DNA from: Spizellomyces punctatus DAOM BR117
Lineage: Eukaryota
DNA length: 64,000 nt
Reading direction: 5' to 3' (one strand)
Assembly: GCA_000182565.2 (NCBI GenBank)
Contig: KQ257452.1
In this document: positions 10,886 to 23,582 of the stretch, piece by piece
Position numbering within the stretch: the first letter of the stretch is position 1
Layout: every line of letters begins with the position of its first letter
Program-made: the position numbers and the translations under genes
The notes under the pieces: model-generated
What the model was told of the DNA's origin: nothing
The model's input: the letters and a program-made list of their open reading frames with translations, nothing else
Database searches by the model: none

Positions 10886-12081
10886 TCAATGAGAAAAGAA
10901 AGGCACAGCTGTAAGGGGTGTACTTGGAACTGCGGCCCCTCCAGCCCCTCCATTGAGAACCGTCGATGATGAGGCTGTCGTGCCGCCTGATGATGCACTG
11001 CTTACACTCAATGTAGGTGGTCTCTTTGGTTTTCCAACCCCAGCATCATTTCGTCCTGGCACAGCTGTCTCCAATCTTGATATGGACGGTCGCTTTTGGT
11101 GTCGATTTTCGGGTGGAGGGAGGAGAAGGGTTTGATCTGCGCTGGTCGGTGGCGTCGATTGCGGTTGATTGTTTTGAGTGATGTCTCGGAGGCGCTGAAG
11201 GGGATGATCTAGGCCTTGTGTTAGGCTGCTCCAGATGAAATTGAATTCGGCGTCAACGTTTGCGCGGACTTGGGGGTCGAGACTAAAGTCGCTAGTATGT
11301 ACAAGGCACGTACGTGTCAGCTTCTCCACAAATCTGGTATTATATATGTAGAATCTTGCCGCACTTACATATAGTGATCGTTTCCACTATCCGCCTCCAG
11401 TCGTGCAACCTCGACAATGCCGCTATCTTGCGATCCCAATCGTTCTCGCATCCCAACGGACCCAAACACAACCTTTAGAATCACACTTTGATGTACCACT
11501 ACAAACAAAAGAAAGAGAGACTTGAAACTCGGTATGAAGTTGCAAACTGTAAGCCGGGCATACACACATTCCCGATTTGCTCTCGCTTACCTCCATTGAC
11601 CTCGCAATCCTCCCCCAACCTGATTACATCCCCTTCATTTACTTCCACCTTTCGACTTTCTTGTCCTTGCGGACTCAACCGTTGTCCATTTACGAACGTC
11701 CCACTAGAGCTTTTTGTATCTTGGATCCAAAGCTGCATGGTGTTTCAAGGTCACCTTTACCAGCCCTATCATCTTAGTGCAAGAGAATTTGACATTTTCC
11801 GCCCATCACAAAATCCAATCATGGCATGTTGTCGCGAAACCACTTTCGACGCAAACTTTAAACTGGTGGCTCCTGGATCGTCCTTATCCAACAGTCGCCC
11901 TATGGACATGGGTTGTCCGAGGTCGACCACTCTTCGGTTGCGTGTGACATTGTTGAGAGGGATAAAGGAGACTGTGTAGGGGTGATCGGCTGTACATGGA
12001 GTAAAGTGTAAATAAGCTAGTTAAAGGCGCGCATTAATACCAAGGCAGCTCACCATTAAGGTGTGTGCTGTCCTGCATCAT
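10886..12081 (-). CDS. FHA-domain protein (Vps64/Far9/Dma1-type FHA, low-complexity tail)
   Basis: FHA motifs SIGR, FASKVVSRQHA, WIQDTKSSSGTFVNGQRLS and GDVIRLG. Multi-exon; one junction lacks a canonical donor. Confidence 0.82.
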
Positions 12082-13060
12082 GTCGTGTATGGGAGATCCT
12101 TTTGTAGGAAGGATATCGCCAAGGAAATTGTGCCGGAAATGTGTGTTGGTTCCGGTTACTAACGTCGAGTATTACCTATCCCGCAAAGGTAGATGCAAGA
12201 CATTACCAGTCTTACGCTCGCTTGCTCACCTCGACGCCTCCAACATCAAGGGTATTCCTCCTGGAGTGCTGGTGTTTTGATTACGGCAGCAGCACACTTG
12301 AGGCTTTGCCCAAGCGCGGACAACACGCGTGGCACACACCAATGGGGTCGTGAGCACACGGAGGTCCCGGAGACCAGTTGATATCACGTTTGGGGCAACA
12401 TGCAAGTGGGCCCTGTGGTTCACACACAATCGGTGAGCCCTTGGGTTCGTGGCATCAATTTGGATATGCGAATGGATTGGGTATCGCTGATGAATTTGGT
12501 ATCACACTTGTTGCACGTTAGTATGGACGTTGTAGAAAAGCACATTTTGGCAAGCGAGCATTTCTTGGGCAATGTGCAATGTAAAGAAGATCCTATTATG
12601 TGCTCACAACTGCGGGAGGATCCGCTTTTAGGCAGGTTTTTCCGCTTGATGACGACAACATTGAAGCACCAACATGACCAATAAACCTTGATTTTAAAGG
12701 TTAAACCCATCAGTTTGACGTCCATCTTTAAGCTTTTTTCCTTCATGCGATCCTGTATTTGGTCAAGTCATGCTTTTGCTGATCGTCCTGAAGCGTTTGG
12801 TGTGCAAACTCGCAGTTCTTTATTGGTAAAAACATGTGGCGTGAATTGCATAGCAACGCGGTCGTTATGTACGTTTATGGAAGCGGCAAAAGCGGAGGAA
12901 CGCTGTCCGCACCACACGACTTTTGGACGGTCGTGCGTTATTACTGTTTTATCCGCCTTTAGAGCGGGCTTTGTATTATATTACTCCTACTTATGGATCG
13001 AGAGTGTGTCCAAGCCAAATTTCAAATCCACCTATTTTCTGGAATTTTAGTTTTTCAACA

Positions 13061-14918
13061 ATGCCTCCATTAGTTCCAAACTCTGAACAGATCCCCTCAG
13101 AACAACCTGGGGATTCCGAGACGGTCAGCGACATTCCACGAGTGGCTATCGTCGGATCTGGTCTTGCAGGTTTAAGTGCCGCATATCTCCTTTCTGTCAA
13201 TGGCTACACAGTCGATCTGTACGAAAAGAGTGGGCGGTTGGGTATGGCTGCGGCCAATGTCACCGTTCCAGGAGTTGAGGGCGAGGAGGAAGTGGTCATG
13301 GATGTTCCCATGCGATCGTTCTTCCCTGGTGAGCTTCCTTTGAAAGACGGTTCTTTCGAAGCTGTGGAAAATGTCAGTTCTAACTGCGTTTTATCCAGAA
13401 CACTATTCGCACCTAACCGCACTGTACAAATATCTGAAAATACCTTATCATGCATCAGAGAATAGCATGTCATTCTCAACCTACGTGCCCATAGCAAAGT
13501 CCTATGCGGAACAATCGGCGGCTTCCCTGGACACCGCACCCTATTTTTCCTTTTCTTGCTTTAAGATACCTTTCACATCCGTTTCAATTTCCTACCCGGA
13601 CTTGCCTTCACCATTGGCCTTTTTAAGCGCATTGTTTCAAGCTATCACATCAGCGATATATGCGTTGCGTGTGATGTTTGGCTACGTAAAGCTTTTGGTG
13701 GTCGTCAAGTACCTGGCCGCAAGGGGCCAGCTGACACCCCAAGGACCATTGAAAAATGTCACATTAGGACAATTTTGGGATTTGTATGGAATCGGCATGG
13801 AGTTTGTTGAGGGGGCTTTTGAACCACTGTTCTGCGGTGTTTGTACGTGTTCAACAGATGTATTGAGAGGGTTCCCTGCTGTGGTCATACTCGGTAAGAA
13901 TGCCGGTTGCAGTGCGTATTGACAAACTTGGACTTGTACTGACAGCTTGTACTTCTCAACAGAATACGTCGCGCGGGCTATGCCATTTGGCAAGATGTCT
14001 TTTGTATCCATTGGGGTTCAATCTGTTTGCGAGGCGCTTTCCAAACCCGTCAGAAGAGTGTTTTTAAACACATCTGTTGAGTCCGTGCATTCCAGCTGCG
14101 ATACAGTCGATAATCTTTCCGACCTGCTGGACTCGCCGCACCTAGTGGTGCAAACGTCAAGCGGAACACGGCGACTCTATAACCATGTGATTTTTGCAAC
14201 ACAGGCGAATCAGGCGGCAAAGATTCTACAGGCGTCGAAAGACTTTAAGAAAGACCTTCCGGCGCAACGACAAGTGGAAGTCCTTGAAAAATTTCTATAC
14301 GCAAAGAGTTTGGTGGTGTGCCATACAGACGAAGCATTGATGCCGGCAGACAAGGAGGTTTGGCGGTGTCTGAATTTCTTCACTACAAAAGAACAGTCTT
14401 TGAGCCGCAACGAAATCGATGGATCAAAGTCATCGGGGCCCACTACGCAATCGGTTCTCCCGTACGATGCATATGCTACATCTTCCTGCACCCACTGGTT
14501 CAATCGATCCCATCCGTCCCTCGCTCACCCCAAAGCCCCAAACTATTACCAAACAACCAATCCTCATGCTCTCCCATCACCTTCGCTCACGCTTTCGAAT
14601 ACCTCCTTTGAGCGTGCTGTTGTGACAATGTCCAGCTGGGCGGCGCTTGAGTCTTTGGACAGTGTTCAGGGAACTGGTGGAAGGTGGTTTGTAGGAAGCT
14701 ATGCTTGGGATGGTATACCCCTGTTAGAAGGATGTGTTGCAAGTTCGGTGAATGTGGTGAGTAGGATTTCCAAGCGGGACGGAAAAACAAATGAAATTCG
14801 TGTGCCGTGGTCAAATCTTGTCGGTGGCGATAGTTCGGGGCATATGGACATTCCATGGGTGGTGGTGGTCTTTGGGCTCGCAGCTGCTGCCGCGGCCGCG
14901 ATGGTGACATTATCGTAG
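13061..14918 (+). CDS. FAD/NAD(P)-binding oxidoreductase (amine-oxidase-like, COG2907 type) with C-terminal hydrophobic anchor
   Basis: Rossmann VAIVGSGLAGLSAAYLL..YEKSGRLG, DVPMRSF, HVIFATQAN, VCHTD and WFVGSYAWDGIPLLEGCVAS; two introns. Confidence 0.85.
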
Positions 14919-15209
14919 AAATAGACGATATATGATGTATAGAAATTATCTTATCCCAATGTAAGTGTGTCAGAAATACAAATGATACAGTTTCGATCGC
15001 AAAAATGTTTCTACTGTAACGTGTCTGGATTACTGGATTAACAGTCGACGCGCCTTTGAACTGTTCTCGGACTTGTTCAAAAACGCAGTCGCAACGATTC
15101 AGAACGCATTTCAAAGAACCCTCTACAGGTTTCTCGTTTCCTTTGTTGCTTGCGATAAATAATAGCGAGCACCACTCCGCTTAATGAACTTGTACATTTC
15201 TTCCACACA

Positions 15210-16247
15210 ATGGTATGCTTTCATCTTTTTCCTTCGACGTTTTGGTAGCGGATTCACAGTTGGGACGTACTATCTAGACCACGCTGGATACTCTTTCACC
15301 GGCCGTCTTGAAACGGCTATCCAAAGGTGCTGATATGTCTTCAACATAAACGCTTACGCGAAAACTGCATGCTGAATGATCTCTCCACTGTCTTTATAGA
15401 ACTGTTGGACCTCAGCAAGGATCCACCAGAAGGCATCAAGACTATACTGAACATGGATAATATCACAGATGTGCAGGCTTGGATTCAGGGGCCGGAGGGT
15501 AGCTGTTTCTAGACCTGTTTGCCAGATATCGCTAGAGTTCTAACCGCCGTTTCCAATGACGGTATAGGGACACCATACCAAGGGGGATGCTTTCGGGTAA
15601 AGTTGACTTTGGGAGGGGACTTTCCCACCGCTCCGCCAAAAGGTATTCACTTGTATGTATGTATGAATGAAGCAAAATGGGCGCTAATTGTCGTATGGTA
15701 GGCTACTTCTTGACAAAGATCTTTCATCCGAATGTATCCAAAACTGGGGAAATTTGTGTGAATGTTTTGAAAAAGGATTGGAAAAAGGAGTATGGGATTG
15801 GACATATTCTCCTGGTAACCACAGTTCTGTAATTTTGGTGTATTTCGTGCGCTCACTTGATTGTTCTTTTCTGCTTCAAAGACAATCAAATGTCTTTTGA
15901 TAGACCCGAATCCAGAGTCCGCATTGAACGAAGAAGCGGGCCGTCTCCTACTAGAAGACTATAGTGCATATGCCAAGCATGCAAAGCTCATAACGAGCAT
16001 CCATGGCATTAACAGAAGCATACAATTCGGAAAGCTCCAAGAAAACTGTGATGATACAGAGGCGACCAAAACACGAAGATCGGAAAAGATGTGCGAGAAT
16101 ACCGGACCAAACATTAAAGCGGCTGCGGGAGCTGCTGAGGTGTTGACAATCAACAATGGGGGCACGACTAGCCCCAAGAAACGAGGGGCGGATAAAAAGC
16201 TTGAGCAAGCCAAGATGGATAAAAAGAGAACGCTGAGAAGGTTGTAG
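15210..16247 (+). CDS. UBE2S: Ubiquitin-conjugating enzyme E2 S
   Basis: [54 protein letters not shown] and the C-terminal DKKRTLRRL. The first exon is ATG only (intron 15213-15277). Confidence 0.92.
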
Positions 16248-16689
16248 ATGATCTGGGATTGGCAATATTTATTTAGTCGTAAACGGGGCTTATCGTCTCC
16301 GCAAAGGCCATTTTTCCCTTTGTACACCTTTGTGCTGAATGCGCTTTATCTGGTTTTGAAAGCACACAGTTCCATCGTGCACTGTCGCACCTTTTAAACA
16401 AAATCAACTCCCAGTGGCTATGCACTTGATAAATATCCCAATTTGGACATATATGTCTTCCCTGAATTGGGAAATGACACTTCAGCATTCTATATTTCAC
16501 CGGGGCGGGATTCCGACTTCCGGTAAGGTGCTTTGCCCATTGGTGCGAGATCTACGTAGGTTATCCGTAAAGCCTCATCTACGGAGCTGTGGTTGTCGGG
16601 TTGGAGTGCCTCGGCGGGAACCCGCTGGATTTTGTTTGCACATTTACACTTGCATCTCCTCGCGTCAAAGAGTGTGAAAATAGATACAT

Positions 16690-19600
16690 ATGCATAAACG
16701 AACCACGGCCAACGGCCACCAACAAAGCGGTGGATTTTCCTCAAAGGCTTCGAAATATGAAAGCTTGCCATCAAACGGGAAAATTCCGTCACTCAAGGAG
16801 GGCGGGCGCCCCTCCAACTTGCTTTTGAGCGTTGGTCTCTTGATATGGGTTGCGTTGTTGGCAACGTTTGGAATAGTGCGACACCATACCTTGCCCCAAC
16901 CTTTGCCGGCAAACAGTGTTGGTGCTGATGGGATAACCCCAGTGGTAAGTTCCGGACAGAAGCTTGCAATCGACGCATAATACATATGCATAATAAATGA
17001 TTGACGTGGATTGGCATCTAGTTTTCGGAAGACCTTGCTCGGGAAACCATTCGTGAACTCACAAACACTATTGGCCTCCGTGTTGTGGGGACTAAGCAGG
17101 AGGAGATGGCAAAGGAGATGATATTGGAAAAATTATACGATTACCGGAATCAGTCCAGTGACAATCCTCATATGACACATTTTGACATTGATGTTCAGAT
17201 GGCAGATGGATCTCATCGCTTTGATCTTATGGGTCAAGGTAAATGCGGACTGTTTAAGATCATGCGTTAATTATGCTTGGTCATCGCTGACCATCGCTAC
17301 CTGATGCAGCTGTCTTGAAAACCTACTCAAACATTACAAACATCCTTGCCCGTCTGTCATGTGGACCTAAATGCAATGAAAACGCCATACTTTTAAACTC
17401 CCACTTTGATAGCACCATCGTGAGTCCCGGTGCCGCAGATGACGGCGTAGGCGTCGCAGTGATGCTAGACCTTGTCCGCGTTCTGTCCCAAACCCGAAAA
17501 CCATTGAGGAATTCCGTGATCTTCTTGTGGAATGGTGCTGAGGAGACTCTGCAGGATGCTTCGCACGCCTTTGTTACGCAGCATGACTGGCGGGATAGCA
17601 TTCGTGGTGTGATCAATCTGGAAGCCATGGGACAAGGCGGCAAAGAGATTTTGTTCCAGGCTAATTCAAAACAGATGGTTGATGCCTATAAACGGGCTCC
17701 CCACCCCCACGGAAGCGTTCTGGTATGGGATATTACCACTATTTGCTTATAAGTAAAATAATGTTATGTTGACGACGATTGTCCTGCGTTTTCTAGTCGA
17801 ACGATGTCTTCCGCACCGGATTGGTGATGAGTGATACGGATTTCCGGCAATTTCGGGATCATGGAGGACTTGTCGGACTGGTATGGTGCCTTGTTAAGCA
17901 TACCTTGATTGGTTAAGCCTTTTTGACATGCTGGATTGTTTCAGGACATGGCGTATTATACAAATAGGTGAGTTGAGTGAACGATGCAACTCTCCAGCTT
18001 GTATTTATAATTATCAACCGCCTTATGAAGCTATCTGTACCATACGATGCTGGATGTGGAAGAAACAATAGAAAAGGGCTCCATTCAAAACTTTGGGGAT
18101 AACGCCTTGGGGATATTAGATTACCTTCTATATGAGGCCGATCTCACGGAGATTGAGCAGAATGATGATATCATTTTCTTTGATGTTATGGGTGTGTAGT
18201 AGGTACGCTCGTCACTAGTGACCCCTTTTTTTGAAATGGTACCTTCCACCTTTAGGTTTCTTTTTTGTTCACTACTCGTGGGACACTGCTCATGTTTTTA
18301 ACGGAATCCTCATCCTTGTGGCCGTTTGGTCTGTTCTGGTAACCTCGCCTTTCAAGAAGCTATCGCCTTCCGCAAGGCTGCGAGCTACCATAACGGTAGC
18401 TTTTGCGACAGCGGCAAGTCAGTTGGTAGCTACGGTTATATGCGCTGTCCTTGGCGCTTTGCTTTTTGCTGCCAAAGTGCCGATGATGTGGTTCGCGCGA
18501 GAGTGGTATGCGCTGGTGCTCTTTGCTCCCGCTGGGATCCTCGGTAAGCACCCTGTGGTTGCGCACAGCCTGAAATCTCGTAACCTTTGCGTTGTGTACA
18601 GGTGCCTTGTTGCCGCAAAAATGGCTGCAGAATGCCTCCATCGGACAACCCAAACTTGATGAAATTGGAAGAGCCAAGAAAGAAGTGACCGACCATGCGT
18701 ATGAGAATGCTTCTGATCCTATTTTAGAAAGGGCTGCATATGATGGACTTGTGCTCTTCTTTACTGGAGCGATTTTTGTTGCTGGATGGTTCAAGATTGG
18801 TGCAGGGTATCTGATGGCTATCTATCTATCTGGACTCTTGCTTGGAAAATGGGTGGACCTCATTTTCGGTGGATCATCATCCAAAGTTCAGCATCTCCAT
18901 CCACTCGTCTATTTTACGGCCTCCTCTACACTTGTGTTTACAACGGAGCTGTTAATCTGCGCCGTATATCTTTTTGTTCCAATCACTGGACGGATGGGAG
19001 CGGATACTCCTGTCGACGTGATCATGGGTATCCTGGCTGGGGGGCTCCTATTTTTTGCCATCTTCATTTTGGTACCCTTTGTGCATCGTCTTGGGCGGAG
19101 GCAGGTTAGACAGCTTATCACTGGCCTAAGTGTGTTGACGCTTCTTATGATCGCGTTCTTTGTGACGTCGGTTCCACCGTATGATCAAATGCATCCTAAG
19201 GTATGTACGCATTGTGGATGTGTTACTACGCACCTCCGTAGACTAAATTTTAACCGATGTTTTAGCGAGTCTTTGTCGGCTATAAAGAGAATGTCACAGA
19301 TAACTCAAGGGAAGTCCTGCTATCCCATGCCGACCCTGCAGGTTTTCAACAGATTTTGGCAAAGGTTGAGGCCGAACTTGGGTCAAAGCCCGTGTATCGC
19401 GGAGCCTCTATGACTGACCGAGATTGGAGTTCTATCTACCCGTTCAGGTGCGTCAGGACCACGATGGTAACCAATATGACTGCAGATTAACACATCATTA
19501 TTATGCAGCCACTTTATTGAAGGCTACTCCTTCAATGTCTCGCATCTCACCGCCCTAACACCTTCACCAGCCCCAGCACCGCAAATAAGCGTTGAAATAG

Positions 19601-20067
19601 ACAGCTACGATGAGAAGACTGACCTCCGGACGCTCTCCATTCGTTGCTACTATCCGCACTACATTTGGACTGTCCTCTCCTTTGAGGGCTATGTCATTGA
19701 CTGGTCATTGTCGGACCGAAGCATGGTAGATCCATCCATGCCCAAACGATACCGCATCCGCAACGCAGGAGGCTACACAACCAACTCGTGGAATCTGACT
19801 CTAACCCTCAAGGGCCGCGACAAGATCCAAATGGAGATTAGCGGTTTGGAAAGAGATGGGTTTCATGAACTTGTTGTTGGGGAACCAAAAGTCCAGAGCC
19901 ATCGGAGGGGTGTCGGTGAAGCTCTTGGAAGAGTGGAGATTGGACAGAGCTGGAAATGGAGTGATCGGTGGGGTAGTGCGGCGATTTTGAGTCGAGTTGA
20001 AAGTGTTATGCCTGATTGGACGACAGGCCTTTTTGTTGGCTTGGTGGTAAAGACATTTGAGTTGTAG
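16690..20067 (+). CDS. M28 family membrane metallopeptidase (ERMP1/Pff1-like)
   Basis: LNSHFDS, GAADDGVGVAVM, WNGAEE, INLEAMG and SDTDFRQF, followed by a multi-TM region; many introns. Confidence 0.9.
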
Positions 20068-20444
20068 GTTTTTTAGGCGGGAAAATGAGTAGATTAGAAA
20101 TTAGAAGAGTGGTTTTTGGGGTACGCTTTATCTTGTTTTATGCATATTCCCAGTTTTTTCTTTGTGAGATACCTCTCGCTTTGATGTGCTTTTATTGGAG
20201 ATTGTATTTGACGTTTGAGTAGTCAAGTCGTGGTGTTGATAGCAGAGGGCTGTTCCGTTCTCGTAAAGAATTTCCTGACTCTGGGCAGGAAGACTGATAT
20301 TTTGACGTAACGAAATCAGTTTCCTTTATACACATTTAAACCAGACCTACTATTTTGTCGGTCCTCCCCTAACCCTTTCGTGTTTGTATCTTGCTCAACA
20401 TCTTCTAAATCGACCCATCTCATCAGAAGTTACATTCAAGCAAT

Positions 20445-20831
20445 ATGCCATCCCACGACCCACGATCCAGCCGCGTGAATGAACTCCCATCAGCAGCCAT
20501 GCCGCACGTAGTCAAACCCTTGGCGCCAAACTACGCCGAAGAAGAACGACAAGCAGCAGACCTCAAACTCGCCTCAATAGCCAAAGCCAAAGAACAAGGT
20601 CCCGATATTCAAAAAGGATCCGAAGCAGCTCAATTGCAATCGGAGGCTGATCGGGCTTCGCGGGCTGCTCAACGGGATGGTGCGAGGGATACTAGGGCAT
20701 TTCCTAATGCTTTTGCTAGTGCGAGTGATACAAAGGATGAGGAGCGGCATTTTGGGGAGATGGTGGCGGATGTGGGGCAGAGGGCTAAAGAAACTAGGCA
20801 GGGAAGGGGGTTTTGGGGTAGGCCGTTGTAA
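20445..20831 (+). CDS. Small hydrophilic 128-aa hypothetical protein (single exon)
   Basis: Uninterrupted ORF rich in A/E/R/Q/D with a good start context (CAAGCAATATG). Confidence 0.7.
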   Translation: MPSHDPRSSRVNELPSAAMPHVVKPLAPNYAEEERQAADLKLASIAKAKEQGPDIQKGSEAAQLQSEADRASRAAQRDGARDTRAFPNAFASASDTKDEERHFGEMVADVGQRAKETRQGRGFWGRPL

Positions 20832-20984
20832 AGTTGTTTTTTCTTGTGATTATTTTGGAAAATCTATACTGCGGTATCGTTTTCATTTGCGCAAGTTTTT
20901 TTTTTTTTTTTACAAGAGTGTTGAGAATTATTTTATTTCAGAGGTAGTTTTGGATTACAGTAACTTCTAATACAGATATGGGAA

Positions 20985-22258
20985 TCACATTATCCAGTAG
21001 GTTATGGCCACCATGAGGGCACCCAAAGCCGATGCACTACCTCCACCAACAGTCTTCACACCCGCATTCTTTTTGTTTTCGGTCGTAGAGCTGTTTGAGC
21101 CATTGTTGGGCGTCACAGTGTTGGAAGTGGGCTGATTAAATACTCGCAAGGTCTCATCTGCCACAAACTTGTGAGCAATGGTCGTGGGATGGGTGTTATC
21201 CCAAAAGAGATACGAATTCGGAGTCGGGCATGTTGTAATGAGGGAGGGGTCCTTGTTTACAGAAGTGTCCAATGCCGTTGGGGTAGTACCGGGAGAAAAG
21301 GATAAACAAGGTGCCGTAACGTTGGTCAAGTTGAAAGAAGTAGGATTGGAGATGGCACGGTTAAAGAGACTAAAGAGATCGACCAGATCAATTCTTAATC
21401 CAGGGGTGGATGCAACTAGGTCTTTGATGCCTTTTTCTAGGGCTGCATTATGTTGGGTTGAAAAGGATGTGGCGAGCTGAGCGAGTGCGTCGGGTGGGAG
21501 GCCAGTAGAGTTTGAATTCTTTGTTAAACGGGTAAACGATGGAATTTTGGCAAAATCAGGAAGGGTCATCACCACCATTCGGGAGGCTTTAAGGTTGGAT
21601 GTGTGGAGGGATTTGATAAATGCGACGACTGAACCGGCGATGGTGCTCGTTACAGGTAGGCCGCCTGCAGCCAGAGTGTGGAGATAATCGTTTGCTCCGA
21701 TAAAGATTGGGTAGAGTGTTGTAGTTGGGTCTGGAAGCGTCGTGGTGTTTCCGAGATACCAGGCCAGTTGTTCATTGACGTCTGGTGGATATGTGTCATT
21801 TCGAGTGGATGCCCTCAAGGGAAGGTTCTGGCGATTTGCTACAGCCTGGGTAAGATGGGTAGAGGATCAGTGTCCACGTTCCATATTGCAATATCGACGA
21901 CTGTAATTGCAAATATTGGCAATGTGTACTCACTCCACCGTACGCTTGATTGACCATGGTCGCATTGTTCAGCGCCTGAGCAATGTATTCCACCCACACG
22001 GGACCATTGGAAAAGCGTCCTTGATAGTATGGTGCGACAGGGAAACCATAGATTTTTTCAATGTTGCCAGTGTCGGAAAACGAGTCCCCAAAGACGACGA
22101 CAGTTTTGACGGGCTGTGACTTTTGGGAATGTGTCAATATCTGTGTAGGTTAAATGTCCTTTCTATTTTGCGCTTACATCACGACGAAACCGTGTTGCAC
22201 TCGCCGCTATGAACGTCGTCAACAATACATAAAGCGTCGACGCACGAAGCAGCAACAT
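20985..22258 (-). CDS. Secreted SGNH/GDSL lipase-esterase, probable GPI anchor
   Basis: Signal peptide MLLLRASTLYVLLTTFIAASA; VFGDSFSDTGN, GRFSNGPVW, IGAND and FWDNTHPT. S/T linker followed by a hydrophobic C-terminus. Confidence 0.9.
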
Positions 22259-22738
22259 GGTGGACAAGAGTGTCAAGTGGGCAAGAGGTGAGAGCAAACC
22301 AGAAAGGCGGACGGAAGTTCAAGTCCTCCATGTTTAAATAAAACCATCTTGCGTGACAAAAAGTCAATTTCAAAGCCGGGTAAAAAAGGTCCAACATGGG
22401 GGCCGTTTGGACGCAATTCAAGGAAATAACGTAAAAATATAAAGGGCACAAAGGCAAAAGGAAATCCAGTATTTCCCTTGTTTATTCGCCGTGGTGGTAC
22501 CGCGCGAGAGACGAACGGAAAATGAAAAAATAATGGGAACTTGCAAACGAGGGGTCACTTTGAAGGTCAAACACTGTCTGCTCACTTTGACAAGGCAAGA
22601 ATAAGAGCATACATTCGCATACTCCAAACAATAGTATAGTGGTGGTTTTTCTGTCAACCATAGCGAGCAGTGTCACTGAGCTGCTTTTCACTAGGAAATC
22701 GGGGTCCTCAGCTGCGCAAACTTATGGCAGTACAATAG

Positions 22739-22788
22739 GTGTGCAAGTGTGCAAGTGTGCAAGTGTGCTAGTGTGCAAAGTGTGCACA
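22739..22788. repeat. Tandem 8-bp repeat (GTGTGCAA-like) x5-6
   Basis: gtgtgcaagtgtgcaagtgtgcaagtgtgctagtgtgcaaagtgtgcac. Confidence 0.85.
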
Positions 22789-23582
22789 CTACATCGTATG
22801 TGCCTTTGCATCAACCGTCCACTTGCTTTGCCGAAATAGTCCGGCTGTTAAACCCCAAAAATCAAAGCCTATCTCCCATCTGTAAATCATAGTAGACGTC
22901 TCCCATCTCCAACCGGAAACCCCCCCCCCCCCCCATATCCGCAAGATATCGGCAAAAAGGGCCATCCAAAGGTGTTCATCCTCAATCAGGGAGACAATTC
23001 GATCCCAATCACGTGAAGCCATTTATCATTCCATCCGGATATAATCAGATACCTCAACGTCGTTCCCAGTTTGCCGCTTGCTAATCCACCCATATTTTGT
23101 ATCTCTGCAATTATTGCGCGACGCTTTGACATCACTCCTCTCATCATTCCTTCTTGTTTTGTTGAGCCGATTGCAAAAACCATTTTATTAAAAGTATTGG
23201 GAATTTAGATATCTTGCATATTATCATTTGCATTACAAACACATTACATTGATTAACGGATGAGTTCCGCCCATCACTTGTAAACCAACCAATGAACGCA
23301 TCTCCGAATAGATCCATATCACATGAAATAAATCCGTTCCCTCCCGCATTATTATTTGTCATCGCTAAAGACACATTACCCATACTTGTGTCACCCATCA
23401 ATCCAATGATATCCTTATATGGCTGCATATGGATATATGGAATATTCTATTGAAAAGAACAAGCCATACGATGAGTCATCCATGGAATAAACGGGAAAGA
23501 TTATCACATAATCTATTATATCGCCACATGAACGGCTTTGGTTATTTGCCACTTTTTCTTCCCATCGATGCGCCCAGTTTCC

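Noticed and set aside
12100-13050. Several overlapping 60-120 aa ORFs
   Set aside because: No recognisable motifs or consistent splice model; probably UTR or promoter between the divergent FHA and oxidoreductase genes.
23144-23428. 94-aa minus-strand ORF upstream of PMA1
   Set aside because: No family motif or supporting gene structure; it lies in the AT-rich promoter region.
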